From positions 44,578,001 through 44,642,000 of the forward strand of contig NC_043013.1 in NCBI RefSeq assembly GCF_006345805.1: a stretch of DNA of 64,000 bases, in the 5' to 3' direction. This stretch comes from Octopus sinensis. Lineage: Eukaryota. Numbering within the stretch: the stretch's first letter is position 1; each line of letters begins with the position of its first letter. Shown here in pieces: positions 23,896 through 36,085 of the stretch. Under the pieces are notes generated by a model that saw only the letters and a list, made by a program, of their open reading frames with translations, was not told the DNA's origin and ran no database searches. A program made the position numbers and the translations under genes.

Positions 23896-24702
23896 ATTGT
23901 TTTGATTACAAATTGTCTATTTATTAACTTAAATACAACTCGACGTTTGTAGATGACATTTCAGCAGCATATTCTCTCAGACTGTGGAACAACAATGAAA
24001 AGAGCGCAATCAGGGGAAACGATACTCCGGCTTAGAAACCAGTGTTACTTCCCCTTGCTTACAAATCGCATTTCACTCGTCAACAAGGAAACATGACCAC
24101 TCGATCCACTAGAAATAGCAGCCAAATCACCTCCCAAACTGCATCCTTCCATTTTAAAGGAAAAATACATTGAATAATGTAACCTCGAGTATGTTCGATC
24201 AGGGCTGACTTGCAGTTAAAAGCAACAACCGTATTTATTAGAATGATGAGAATGCTTAGCACCAAGTTAAATCCGATGGAGTAAACTCCAAGTTAACCGC
24301 CTTAGAGTAACTCTGTAATTAAAGTCACTCCATGCGTGACTTCATCCTTTTTCTTTTGATTTTTTACCACATTTAAAGTGGCTTTGTTTACAGTCTCAAG
24401 TGTTTCGTTTCTTGGATCTTTTCGGTTTGAACGGCAGTTTTTTTCTAGCGGTGTCATATGAAATTGTCACCCATAAAAGCATATCTCTAAAATTGTCAAG
24501 AAGGCCGAGGGTGTCTTGGCATCACTCAGCAAGACTTTTGTTAGCCGCTCTCCAGCCATCTATTTAAAACTGTATACAGCTATGGTACGACCACACTTGG
24601 AATTCGCATCATCAGTTTGGAATCCCTATCTTGCTCAGAACATTGACCTCCTGGAATCTGTCCAGAGACGTGCAACCAAACGCATACCCTCCATCAGACA
24701 CC

Positions 24703-24940
24703 TGTTGTTGTTATATATATATAATGTATTGAGTATTAAAGGAAGTAGTGAGTACTTAGTATGAAAGATTAAGAAAATGAGAGAGACTGAAACAACGTGT
24801 TAACGATACAAGATACTTTATTCGACTGCCGTTGTTGTACAAGTTAATTGTTTTGGCGGGAAACAAAGTGAAAGTCCTTTTATCAAGGGAGACAATGGGC
24901 GACGTTGATTGTTCATGTTTGTTGTGATGATTATATAACA
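24703..24940 (-). repeat. 3' LTR (238 bp)
   Basis: Identical to 28976-29212 except one extra T; AATAAA and a TATA-like GATAAAAG on the minus strand. Confidence 0.97.
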
Positions 24941-24970
24941 TCTTCCTTTTTTTTTTTTTTTTTTTTTTTT
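24941..24970 (-). promoter_or_regulatory. Polypurine tract (A24-GGAAGA)
   Basis: Purine run directly 5' of the 3' LTR on the minus strand. Confidence 0.85.
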
Positions 24971-24973
24971 ATA

Positions 24974-27900
24974 TCATCTGTATCTACAGGGAATAATTAT
25001 TCGTCGTCCACTTTTTGTGGTTTTATTATTTTGTAGTGTTGAATTCTGTAGTTGTGCTGTTTTTGTTTTTTCATGCGTGTTTGTTGACTTTGGAAATATA
25101 TTTTCATAATCTAATTCTTCTGTTATGCGAACGTGTTCGTTTGTTTTAAGAATATGTTGTCTATTTCGTTTGACTGTATTTCCTTCCTCTGTTATTACTA
25201 AGTATGAACGAGGTTGCTCTAGTTTTTTAATTATTTTGCCCCTTCTAAACCAATTGTTGTTAAACTTAATTCTAACCGTGTCGTGTGGTTTTAACTCTGG
25301 GAGTTCTGTTGTAATGTTTGATTTCTTCTTTTCGTGAGGCCTGATACCAATTTTGTCGTGTAGTATGTTTGGGAGATTTGTTCGCAATGTTCTATTCATT
25401 ATTTGATTTGCAGGGGATGGTGCACCATTTTGTAATTTAGTCGTGCGTAATGCTAAGAGCGCTAACTGAGGTTCTTCGTCACTTTTGAATGCCTTTTTTA
25501 GCGTCTTTTTTATTGTCTGTATATTCTCTCAACCATGCCATTCGCTTGATGATAATGCGGGCTTGTCTTCGTGTGATGAAAATGCCAATTTTTTGCAAAT
25601 TTTTGAATTCAGCCGAATTGAATTCTGGACCGTTGTCACTTACAACTGTTTGCGGAATTCCGAATTTAGCAAAAGTTTCTTTTAATTTTTTGATTACGGT
25701 TTTTGACTGGCAATCATTTATTTCGTGTAGATCAAAAAATCTTGTTGTATAGTCAATAATTGTGACATACGAATTTCCAGACAGGTGAAATACGTCTGTA
25801 CCCACTTTGGTCCATGGTGTAGTAGGTATTTCATGATTTATTAGTGGTTCGGCTGCTTGTTGATTTTTGTAGTCAATGCAGTATGAGCATGTGTTAATCA
25901 TGTCTTTGATTTGAGCGTTAATGCCGGGCCAGTATATACATTCCTTCGCTCTCTCTATGCATTTTTCGATACCCATGTGTCCGGTATGTATTTCCTGTAG
26001 AGCTTCTCTACGTAATGACTTAGGTACAATTATTCTTGAACCTTTTAGAACGAGACCATTGACGATTGATATTTCATCACGAACGGATACGAATGGTTTG
26101 ATGTTTATTGGTATTTTGTCTTTTGGGGGCCATTCTGTTCTTGTATATGTGACGAGTGTCTGTAGAGACGGGTCGTCTGCAGTGGCTTCTTTATACTCTT
26201 TTAATTTAGTGTCGGTTATGGGGTAATTTTTTATTACTGCATGAATGTGCGATTTCATATCTTCGTCTGATATCTGGAGTATTTTGCTCAAGGTATGCAC
26301 GTGATAGGGTATCTGCAACAATTGATTCTTTACCAGGTATGTGGTTTAGGTCAAAATCATATCTTTGTAATGTTAGTAGAAATCTTTGGATTCTGGGGGG
26401 CATTTAGTGATCGATTTTTTGAATATTTGCTTCAACGGTTATGGTCATTTTCGATTCTGAAATGAGTTCCGTATATAACTGATGAAATTTCTTGCATGCG
26501 AAAACTATACTGAGAGCTTCGCTCTCTATCGGACAGTAGTTTTGTTCCGCTTGAGTTGTTGCACGAGATGCAAACGAAACAGGTAGCCATCTTTCGTTGT
26601 GTTTCTGCTCAAGTATCGCTCCGAGCCCATGCTTACTAGCATCTGTAGTTATTTTTATTGGTAGATCTGGATCATAAAATTGTAGCACTGGTTTTCTGGT
26701 AATCATTTCTTTTAGCTTTTTATTGCTTCGATTTGTGGTTGTCGAATGACCATAACGTGTCACTCTGTAGAAGCTGGCGCAATGGTGCTGTGACTTCGGA
26801 GTAATTAGATAAAAATTTACATAGGTAATTTGTCATACCTAGGAATCTTTGTAATTCTTTTTTACTTGTTGGCAGTGGCATGTGAATGATTGTACCTTGG
26901 TTGGATCTTGTTTTATCCCTTCGCTGGTTAATATATGCCCAAGGTACTTGATTTGATTTGAGATACACTTTGATTTATTTAACTTTAATCCGTGCTTTCG
27001 GATTCGATCGAAAACTTGTTGTAGTCTATTTGTGTGTTCTTCTAAAGTGTTGGACCAGATTATGATGTCATCCTGTGAATTTCTTGCTCCTTCTATGCCC
27101 TCTATTATTTTTGAAATTTCTTTTTGGAAAACTTCACTGGCGCTGTGAATTCCAAAGGGTAGTCGTGTGAAGCGATACCTTCCAAAAGGTGTGTTGAACG
27201 TTAAAAGATGGGAGCTTTCTTCGTCAACTGGAATTTGCCAGTATCCATTAGATGCATCGAGTTTTGAAAAATATTTAGGGTTATGCATTTGTGCAAAAAT
27301 GTCCTCCGCTGTAGGGAGTTTGAAATGTTGCCTTTTTATGGCTTTGTTTAGATTCTTGGGGTCTAAACAGAGTCGGAGTTTTCCGTTGGCTTTTTCAACG
27401 ATGACTAGGGAATTTACCCAGTCTGTAGGTTCACTAACAGGTTTTATGATATCTAATTCTGTCATTCTTTTTAATTCTTTGTTGAGTTTTTCTTTTATAG
27501 AAAAAGGAACCGATCTTGGTGGATGAATTACAGGAGTTATTTGTGGATCCACTGTGATATGATGTGTTATTGACAAAGTGCCGATTTCTCCGAAACAGTC
27601 TTCATATTTTCTAATATGTCGTTTGTGTTCGACGAATTTATTTTTGAAATTCTCTGAATCAGGTTCAGATCTTTAGCTGTCTTTGCATCTATAACTGCGT
27701 GCGAGTTTGTTTTTGCAACAATGAATTTTATTTGCTTTGATAATTCTTTGTATTTAATGACTGCTGTGCATTTTCCTAGCACTTTTATAGCTGTGTTATT
27801 ATAAGCTGATAATCGAGTTGAAGTTTTTTGCAGTTGTGGTTTTGGAATTATATTTCTATATTCTCTGAATGGCAGTACGGTTACGTCTGCTCCTGTATCT

Positions 27901-28896
27901 ATTTTGAATGTTACATTCGAGTTGTTCACTTTTAGTTCGACCGTCCAAATGTCTTTTGGAGTCTTGAACTTTTCGATTTTGTGCACGCGGGAATTATTTG
28001 CAGTGATCATTTCGAGTGCATGTGTATCGTCATCTGATTCATCGTCGGTATGTATCTCTACTTTATGTACAAATTTTCTTGATTTGCACATTTTTGCATA
28101 GTGTCCTTGTTCTTGCATTTTTCACATGTCTTGTGAAATGCTGGGCATTTATTTCTTTTGTGATTATAACCACAATAGTGACAGTTAGTGACGTAGTGTT
28201 GACTTGGCGCTTGAAACTTCGCGGGCTTTCTGTCACTTCCGCCTTGTTCGTTTTGATGTCTGGATTGCATATGGCGGGTTATTTGGTTTTGGCGCCTTTT
28301 CTGTCGTGTTGACTATATACCCTCGAGATTTCGTTATCTCTTGTTTCGGATGTGGCATTTAGCATCCTTGATTGGAGTCGTGTTTGCTCTGCACTCTGAC
28401 CTGCTTGAATTGTTTTTTGTAGGTCTAAATTTGGTTTTCTCAATAATCTTTCTCTTAATCTCATGTCTCTGATTCCACATATCAGAATATATTTTGGTGA
28501 GACTGTCTGTGAGGTTGCCGAATTCGCACTGTTGTGCCTTTTGGCGCAACTCTACTACGTACTCATCGAATTTTTGATGTTCCGCTTGTCCACATGTGAA
28601 GAATTTGTGTCTTAGGAAAGTTATGTTTTTCCTGGGTTCACAATATGCATCGAATTTTTCGATTACTGTCTGAAGGTTCATTTCTTCGTCGGGTGAATCG
28701 AAATCCAGTGTGGAATGGATATCTCGGCCTTTAGAACCGATGCAAGTTAAAAACATTGAAGTTTTTACTTTGTCTGGCTTCATGTCACTTTCTGTTGCTA
28801 TCAAAAAGAGATTGAATTTTTTTTCCACTTTTTCCATGCTGCGGCTAGATTTTCCTGATTAAAGTCTAGGTCTTTTGGATGCGGTAAATTTTCCAT
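24974..28896 (-). CDS. Gypsy gag-pol polyprotein, about 1300 aa, frameshifted as assembled
   Basis: ATG 28896 (MENLPHPKDL...); CHYCGYNH/CEKC..GHYAKMC knuckles; protease DTGADVT; RT QDDII and YLGH; RNase H TDASKHGLG; integrase HTGH..CSYC and SDNGPEF. Confidence 0.88.
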
Positions 28897-28964
28897 TTCG
28901 TCTTTGAAGTATGATTTCAACTTCTTTTTTTCCTTTGGTTTCTGTATTTTGGGTTCTTTTAGTA

Positions 28965-28975
28965 TTCTGACACCA
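28965..28975 (-). promoter_or_regulatory. Primer binding site TGGTGTCAGAA (tRNA-Leu type)
   Basis: Abuts the 5' LTR; complementary to the ...UUCUGACACCA 3' end of eukaryotic tRNA-Leu. Confidence 0.8.
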
Positions 28976-29212
28976 TGTTGTTGTATATATATATAATGTA
29001 TTGAGTATTAAAGGAAGTAGTGAGTACTTAGTATGAAAGATTAAGAAAATGAGAGAGACTGAAACAACGTGTTAACGATACAAGATACTTTATTCGACTG
29101 CCGTTGTTGTACAAGTTAATTGTTTTGGCGGGAAACAAAGTGAAAGTCCTTTTATCAAGGGAGACAATGGGCGACGTTGATTGTTCATGTTTGTTGTGAT
29201 GATTATATAACA
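28976..29212 (-). repeat. 5' LTR (237 bp)
   Basis: Direct repeat of 24703-24940. Confidence 0.97.
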
Positions 29213-30300
29213 ACACCTACCATATTCTGAGCGCCTTGTTTCCCTGGGCATGGATTCACTGAAGCTCCGGCGTCTAGCGACGGACTTGGTAAACACCCAC
29301 AAGGTTATCAACCACCTCACCAACAACAACACTGAACACCTTTTTGATCTCCATGTGTCTAACACACGTGGACATGCCTACAAAGTCAGAAAACAGCACA
29401 GCTCCCATGACTTTCGGAAACATTTTTCACGCTCAGGGTTGCTGAAGCGTGGAATAAACTGCCTGCATCAGTTGTGACTGCCATGACACTGCATCCTTTA
29501 AGGCCCTCATGCTTCCCGAAATCCGTCGAAACTACACCTGATTATATATACACTTTAGATGAGTTGTAGTGCACCTGAGCACTGTACACAATTATTATTA
29601 TTATTATTATAATTATGACCCTAGTATCGATCTATTGTATTTCAATCTGTTTTAGGGTTAGGGTTAGTTAGGGTTAGGGTTAGAGTTAGGGAGGGGGGAG
29701 AGGGTATCTTTTTTTCTTCACAATGTAAATAAACCCAATCTGTTTCTTAAACGAGGGACATATTCATACGGCACAGAATGTTTTTTTACCTCAATGGACG
29801 TCATTGATTGGTTGAAATTGCAGAAATTGAAGAAAAAAACAACAACGATTATCTTACAAACTATAGAATTTTCTCAATAAAGCCAAGAGAAAAAGATGTT
29901 TTATAAACACATTCTACGAGTATACGAAGTTTAAAAGTGTTTAGTTCCCTAGAAATTATGTTAAAAACTGCCGTTCAAACCGAAAACATCCCGTTTCTTT
30001 CCTTTTAAGAGGGCGATGTTATTATTTAATGAAGGTTATTTCTAGCGGGGCGAGTGACCACGTAAATTGTTTGCATCGTTAAGACGTGTAACTGCCGGTC
30101 CAGTCATCAACACTTTACAATTCGTTATCGCTGTGATTCCTTAAAAAAAAGAAAAGGGAAGGGGGAAAAAAAGCCCTCAAGGTTGTGGGTTGACAGGATT
30201 CAAACACTGGAGTGTCGAACAGATGCCTCGCGTTATTTTGTTATGGCTTTTCACATTCTAAATTGTGAGGTAGACCTTGCGCTGAAGATGCAGACCAACA

Positions 30301-30441
30301 CAGTAGCGTAGCTAGGGAAGGGCGAGGGTGGACAACGCTTTTATGGGGGAAGCACTCACGGGTCTGTCGCATAGGCATCCACTGAGTGGATGTGGGACTC
30401 AAGGGCTGACCCGGGCGGTATACACCCGAGTTATGTCACTG
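30301..30441. mobile_element. Possible small MITE (CAGTAGCGTAGCT...AGTTATGTCACTG)
   Basis: Imperfect 13-bp terminal inverted repeats; no TSD found. Confidence 0.35.
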
Positions 30442-30471
30442 GACCGGGGACAATTTTGTCATTCATATTTG

Positions 30472-30887
30472 GGATCTTTTCGGTTTGAACGGCAGTTTTT
30501 AACATAATTTCTAGGTAACTAAAAAATTTTAAACTTCGTATACTGGTAGAATGTGTTTATAAAACATCTTTTTCTCTTGGCGTTATTGAGAAAATTCTAT
30601 AGTTTGTAAGATATTTGTTGTTTTTTTCTTCAATTTCTGCAATTTCAACCAATCAGTGACGTCTATTGAGGTGAAAACATTCTGTGCCGTATGAAAATGT
30701 CCCTCGTTTAAGAAACAGATTGGGTTTATTTACATTTGTGAAGAAAAAAAGATACCCTTCCCCCCACCCCTAACCCTAACCCTAAAAGAGATTGAAATGC
30801 AATAGATCGATTCTAGGGTCATAATTATGGGTGACAATTTCATATGACACCGCTAGAAAAAAACTGCCGTTCAAACCGAAAAGATCC
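30472..30887. mobile_element. 8-bp-TSD MITE, intact copy
   Basis: TSD CATATTTG at 30464-30471 and 30888-30895. Confidence 0.93.
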
Positions 30888-31018
30888 CATATTTGTGGTG
30901 TCAAATAAAATAAAATATCTATCAAGTACAGTATTTTGGGATAATATTCCTCTTATACAACCCGAGATGTGAATGGAATTACAACCAATAATGTACAAAC
31001 ATTCAATATTCCAGTTAA

Positions 31019-32338
31019 TCTATATATATAAAACTGCAGTTGTGTGAGTGTCTGTCCCCTTCGATTTAGATTCCTAACTACTCTACTTCCCACATTTGGC
31101 GGTGCAGTTTAACCAAATTCGGGTATCTTATAGTCGTGATTCATATCGAGTCCGTCTGGGTATTAGCGCGCGTCTACGATGAGTCTACGATTTTAAAAAT
31201 CATTTAACAACATCATTTTTTATTATTTTAATGCATATTTTTTCGTGTGTCGATGGCGGCAGAGTTGGCGTCCATGCTCACATCTGCCCCTGTGTTGCTT
31301 CTCCCCCTTCTTCCTCCCTCCCTCGTGAAGCTGTGGGGAAGGGAGTGTAAGGAAATCAACGTCGTATGCGTTGTCAAGGAGACCAGCGTTCTTTTAGAAC
31401 AACGACTTCATGGCTTGAAGTCGCCAAAAACAGAATCGCTAAAAAAGCTGAAACAGATCCACAAAAACTCAATTACCGCCCTTACCGCCACACAGGGCAA
31501 GGTTTCCTGTGGCAAACAATTTGCTACTCCCACATTTTGCGATGCAGTTTAACCAAAACGGGTATCTTATAGTCGTGATTCATTCGATCGAGCTTCTGGG
31601 TATTAGCGCGCGTCTACGATGAGTCAACGATTTAAAAAAAAATTTACCATCATTTTTTATTCCATTTTAATGCATTTTTCGCTATTATATAAGGGAAGTA
31701 ACTCTCTAAAAATGTGTACGATGAGTCAACGATTTAAAAAAAAATTACCATAATTTTTAATTCCATTTTTAATGCATTTTTTGCTATTTTTTTGCTATAA
31801 CTCACTAAAAATGCTTATATAGTTATAGTTATTTTGTGCAACACTAAAACATTCGTTGTGCAAATTGTTTGCACAGGAAACCTGCCCTGTGTGGCGGTAA
31901 TTGCCGTTTTTGTGGATCTGTTTCAGCTTTTTTAGCGATTTCTTTTTGGCGACTTCAAGCCATTAAGTCGTTGTTCTAAAAGAACGCTGGTCTCCTTGAC
32001 AACGCATTACGACGTTGATTTCTTACACTCCCTTCCCCACAGCTTCACGAGAGAGGGAAGAAGGGGGAGAAGCAACACAGATGCGGCATTAGCGTGGACG
32101 CCAACTCCGCCGCCATCGACAACGAAAAATTGCATTAAAATGGAATAAAAAATGATGTTTTTAATTATTTTTAAAATCGTAGACTCATTGTAGACGCGCG
32201 CTAATACCCAGACGGGCTCGATATGAATCACGACTATAAGATACCCGAATTTGGTTAAACTGCACTGCAAAATGTGGGAGTAGTTAGGAATCTAAATCGA
32301 AGGACAGACACTCACACAACTACAGTTTTATATATATA
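31019..32338. mobile_element. Two 3'-truncated non-autonomous Helitron copies in inverted orientation (31019-about 31830 +; 31858-32338 -)
   Basis: 5' (T/C)CTATATATATAAAACTG termini at both outer ends; the bodies match complete copies at 34260 and 58326. Confidence 0.8.
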
Positions 32339-32340
32339 GG

Positions 32341-32737
32341 CTAGCAGTATCGCCCGGCGTTGCTCGGGTTTGTAAGGGAAATAACTATATAAGCATTTTA
32401 GAGAGTTATATCCAAAATTAGCAAAAAAAATGCATTAAAAATGGAAAAAAATTAATGGGGTAAATTTTTTTTAAAACGTTGACTCATCGTAGACAATTTT
32501 AGAGAGTTACTTCACTTATATAATATCGAAAAAATGTATTAAAATGGATAAAAATGATGGTAAATTTTTTTTCAATCGTAGACTCATCGTAGACGCGCGC
32601 TAATACCCAGAAGGTCTCGATATGAATCACGACTATAAGATACCCGGTTTTGGTTAAACTACACCCCAAAATGTGGGAGTAGTTAGGGATCTAAATCGTA
32701 GGAGACAGACACACAACTTGACTTTTATATATAAAGA
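32341..32737 (-). mobile_element. Non-autonomous Helitron (short variant)
   Basis: 5' TC, 3' hairpin CCCGAGCAACGCCGGG and CTAG terminus. Confidence 0.85.
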
Positions 32738-32755
32738 TGAACAATATAATGCATC

Positions 32756-32798
<43 letters not shown>

Positions 32799-33321
32799 GA
32801 TAATGATAATAACGATAATAATAATTGATTCATTCGTTTGGATATACATGCAAATATGCATGTACATTTAAGTGTAGGTGAATTTATTTATGTATATATA
32901 TGTATATGTATATATATGTAAAAGTATGTATATATGTGTGTGTATTTATATTTATAACTCAACCGTATGTAGTTTGTAAAATCTCTGACGAAGCCTTGAG
33001 AAACACCCAAGTACCTCAATTTCATCTACTAATTACTTCAGTCCACTGGAAAGATAAAGGTACCATGAGGTATTTTTACCTCTTGGCTGAACCAGCGTGT
33101 AAGATATTCTCCCAATTTCTATTGCTGTATGTTATATATTTTAATAATTACTGGATCTTTATATATTTTATATATATTATACACGTAAAGCATATGTTAT
33201 ACATGTATGTATATTATAATTATCATTTTAGTAATAAATAAATAATTGACATAATATGTCTAAAAGTTGATGAATACCACTTATTGATCCCCTCCATTTA
33301 CTTATTGCTCTAACATACAAA

Positions 33322-33358
<37 letters not shown>

Positions 33359-33360
<2 letters not shown>

Positions 33361-33483
33361 CGCAGGAGTGGCTGTGTGGTTCCGGGTTCAGTCCCACTTG
33401 GGCAGGTGTCTTCTACTATAGCCTCGGGCCGACCAAAGCCTTGTGAGTGGATTTGGTAGACGAAAACTGAGAGAAGCCCGTCG

Positions 33484-33549
<66 letters not shown>

Positions 33550-33785
33550 GTGTGTGTGCGTGTATGTTTGTGTGTCTGTGTTTGTCCCCTTAGCATTACT
33601 TGACAACCGATGTTGGTGTGTTTATGTCCCCGTCACATAGCGGTTCGGCAAAAAAAGACCGATAGAATAAGTACTGGGCTTACAAAGAATAGGTCCCGGT
33701 GTCGAGTTGCTCGATTAAAGGCGGTGCTCCAGCATAGCCGCAGTCAAATGACTGAAACAAGTAAAAGAGTAAAAGAGAGAGAGAG
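33359..33785 (+). mobile_element. SINE family A
   Basis: Head, (TA)n/(TG)n middle and AGTAAA tail. Confidence 0.85.
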
Positions 33786-33798
33786 GTATATATATATA

Positions 33799-34259
33799 CT
33801 AGCAGTATCGCCCGGCGTTGCTCGGGTTTGTAAGGGAAATAACTATATAAGCATTTTTAGAGAGTTACTTCCCTTATAAATTCGGGCTTTCTTAGCCATT
33901 TTTGTTTTGGTGTCTTCAAGCCATGAAGTCGTTGTTCTAAAAGAACGCTGGTTTCCTTCACACATACGCATTCGACTTTGATTTCTTTACACTCCCTTCC
34001 CCACAGCTTCACGAGGAGGGAAGGGGGAGAAGCAAACAGGTGCAGTTAGCGTGGACGCCAACTCCTCCGCCATCGACATACGATGCATTTTATGCATAAA
34101 AATGGAATAAAAAATTATGTTAATTATTTTTAAAATCGTAGACTCATCGTTGACGCGCGCTAATAGTCAGACGGCTCGATATGAATCACGACTATAAGAT
34201 CCCGAATTTGGTTAAACGCACCGCAAAACTCACACAACTAGAGTTTTATATATATAGAT
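33799..34259 (-). mobile_element. Non-autonomous Helitron
   Basis: CTAG end with 3' hairpin; 5' TC abuts the copy at 34260. Confidence 0.85.
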
Positions 34260-34753
34260 ATCTATATATAAAACTCTAGTTGTGTGAGTGTCTGTCCCCT
34301 TCGATTTAGATTCCTAATCCTCCCACATTTTTGCGGTGCAGTTTAACAAATTCGGGTATCTTATAGTCGTGATTCTATCGAGCCCGTCTGACTATTAGCG
34401 CGCGTCAACGATGAGTCTACGATTTTAAAAATAATTTAACATAATTTTTTATTCCATTTTAATGCAAAAATGCATCGTGTGTCGATGGCGGTGGAGTTGG
34501 CGTCCACGCTCACAGCTGCACCTGTTTGCTTCTCCCCTTCCCTCCCTCGTGAAGCTGTGGGGAAGGGAGTGTAAAGAAATCAACGTCGTAATGCGTTGTG
34601 GAAACCAGCGTTCTTTTAGAACACGACTTCATGGCTTGAAGACACCAAAACAAAAATGGCTAAGAAAGCCCGAATTTATAAGGAAGTAACTCTCTGAAAA
34701 TGCTTATATAGTTATTTCCCTTACACCCGAGCAACGCCGGGCGATACTGCTAG
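34260..34753 (+). mobile_element. Non-autonomous Helitron
   Basis: (A)TCTATATATAAAACT start; CCCGAGCAACGCCGGG hairpin; CTAG|T end. Confidence 0.88.
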
Positions 34754-35103
34754 TATATAATATAATATAAATATATATGGGCAACAGACACGAACACACA
34801 TACACACACGCATACATGTTCATAAACAGAAATGAATGGAAAAAATGTTAAATTTGTAGATTAAGTCGCACGATTTTCACTAAAGTATATATACTATGAT
34901 TTTAATTTATAGTGTCTTTCAAAAACAAAAAACAAAACATTTTACATTTTATTTTTTTATCAACGTCATAACTTACTCTCTCTCTCCCTCCCCTCCCCCT
35001 CTCTCTCCCTCTTCCCCCGCTCTCTCCTTCTCTCTGTCTTTCTCTCCCTCCGCCCTCTCTCTCCTTCTCTCTGTCTCTGTCTGTCTGTCTCTCTCTCTCT
35101 CCT

Positions 35104-36085
35104 CTCATCGGTCGTGTTATTCTTTGCTCCGCAGTGAAAGATTATTTTTGTGCTAAAAATTGTGAAAATTTGCTGTTTTGGTAGTCGAGACCACTTCTTT
35201 TCTGCTGTTGCAGCAGAGTTTTGCTGTTCTTTCCCCCTTGAAACAAGGGGGAAGCGGCAAAAGACATGAATTTGCCACCAATTTTTTCCGAGTCGGAGGA
35301 AAACTTTGAAAATTTGTGTGAAGGCATGAAGGCGAATATGTGGGAGGAGGAAGGTAAAAGTAAAGAGGCGAATATGTGGGAGGAGGAAGGTAAAAGTATA
35401 GAGGCGTCTCACGCGCGCGTTACAAAAGCAGACGACAAGATGTCTAGCGAGGCTACTAAGCAAGAGGAAAAGTCAAAAATAAATTTTGCGAGTGCAGCAA
35501 TTCGCCCCTGTGAAAATATAGTTATTAACAAAGAAGAATTGAAGAAATACCAAGGTTTACTAAAAAAAGGTGATAATGTGAAGTTGCTCCCTCCCAGTGA
35601 ATTAATTTACGCGACGGAGAGAAAGACTGTAATATACAAAACATATGTCAAAAATAAAAAAATCAACTTTGTACCGAGGGAAGCGATAGAAAAATGCTTG
35701 AGGCCAGACAAAAGAACATGCTGCCTTACCTTCCACTTAGAAGCTACTCAGCGTAAGGAAAGGCAGCATGTTCTTTTGTCTATCTCCTTAACTTCTTGGA
35801 GATTTCAGACAAAATTATACTAATGTGTCCATCTGTTTTAATTTAATTAAATTCTGTCTTTGTGCAGCTGAGGATTGTTTGCTCTGCATTTAAATTGATG
35901 TAATGGTTGCATTGTTTAATTAAATGGAGTTGCGTGAAACGATCGTACTGCATTACCTCTGGATATCCTTGTTGCTTATTTTGATTCTAATCACCTTGTT
36001 TTGAAATTGTATGGATAATACCGTACTAAATCCTGGTGCCTCAACTTAATTACAATATTCATCTGAATCTAAATTTTTGCTGAAC

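Larger units (their letters stand above)
24703..29212 (-). mobile_element. Full-length Ty3/Gypsy LTR retrotransposon
   Basis: TG...CA LTRs, TSD ACACC (24698-24702 and 29213-29217), PBS, PPT, domain order gag-PR-RT-RNaseH-IN. Confidence 0.97.
24477..29608 (+). mobile_element. CR1-like LINE family F fragment split by the Gypsy element (24477-24702 and 29213-29608)
   Basis: Peptide ...QRRATKRIPSIRHL|PYSERL... continues across the insertion; (ATT)n tail at 29591-29610. Confidence 0.9.
24414..29991. mobile_element. 8-bp-TSD MITE split by nested insertions (halves 24414-24476 and about 29609-29991)
   Basis: Both TIRs present; TSD CGTTTCTT at 24406-24413 and 29992-29999; the halves rejoin as CCCATAA|TTATGACCC, as in intact copies. 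Confidence 0.92.

Noticed and set aside
32985-33015. CTGACGA...GAAAC...GTA motif
   Set aside because: Neither stem I nor stem II can be formed.
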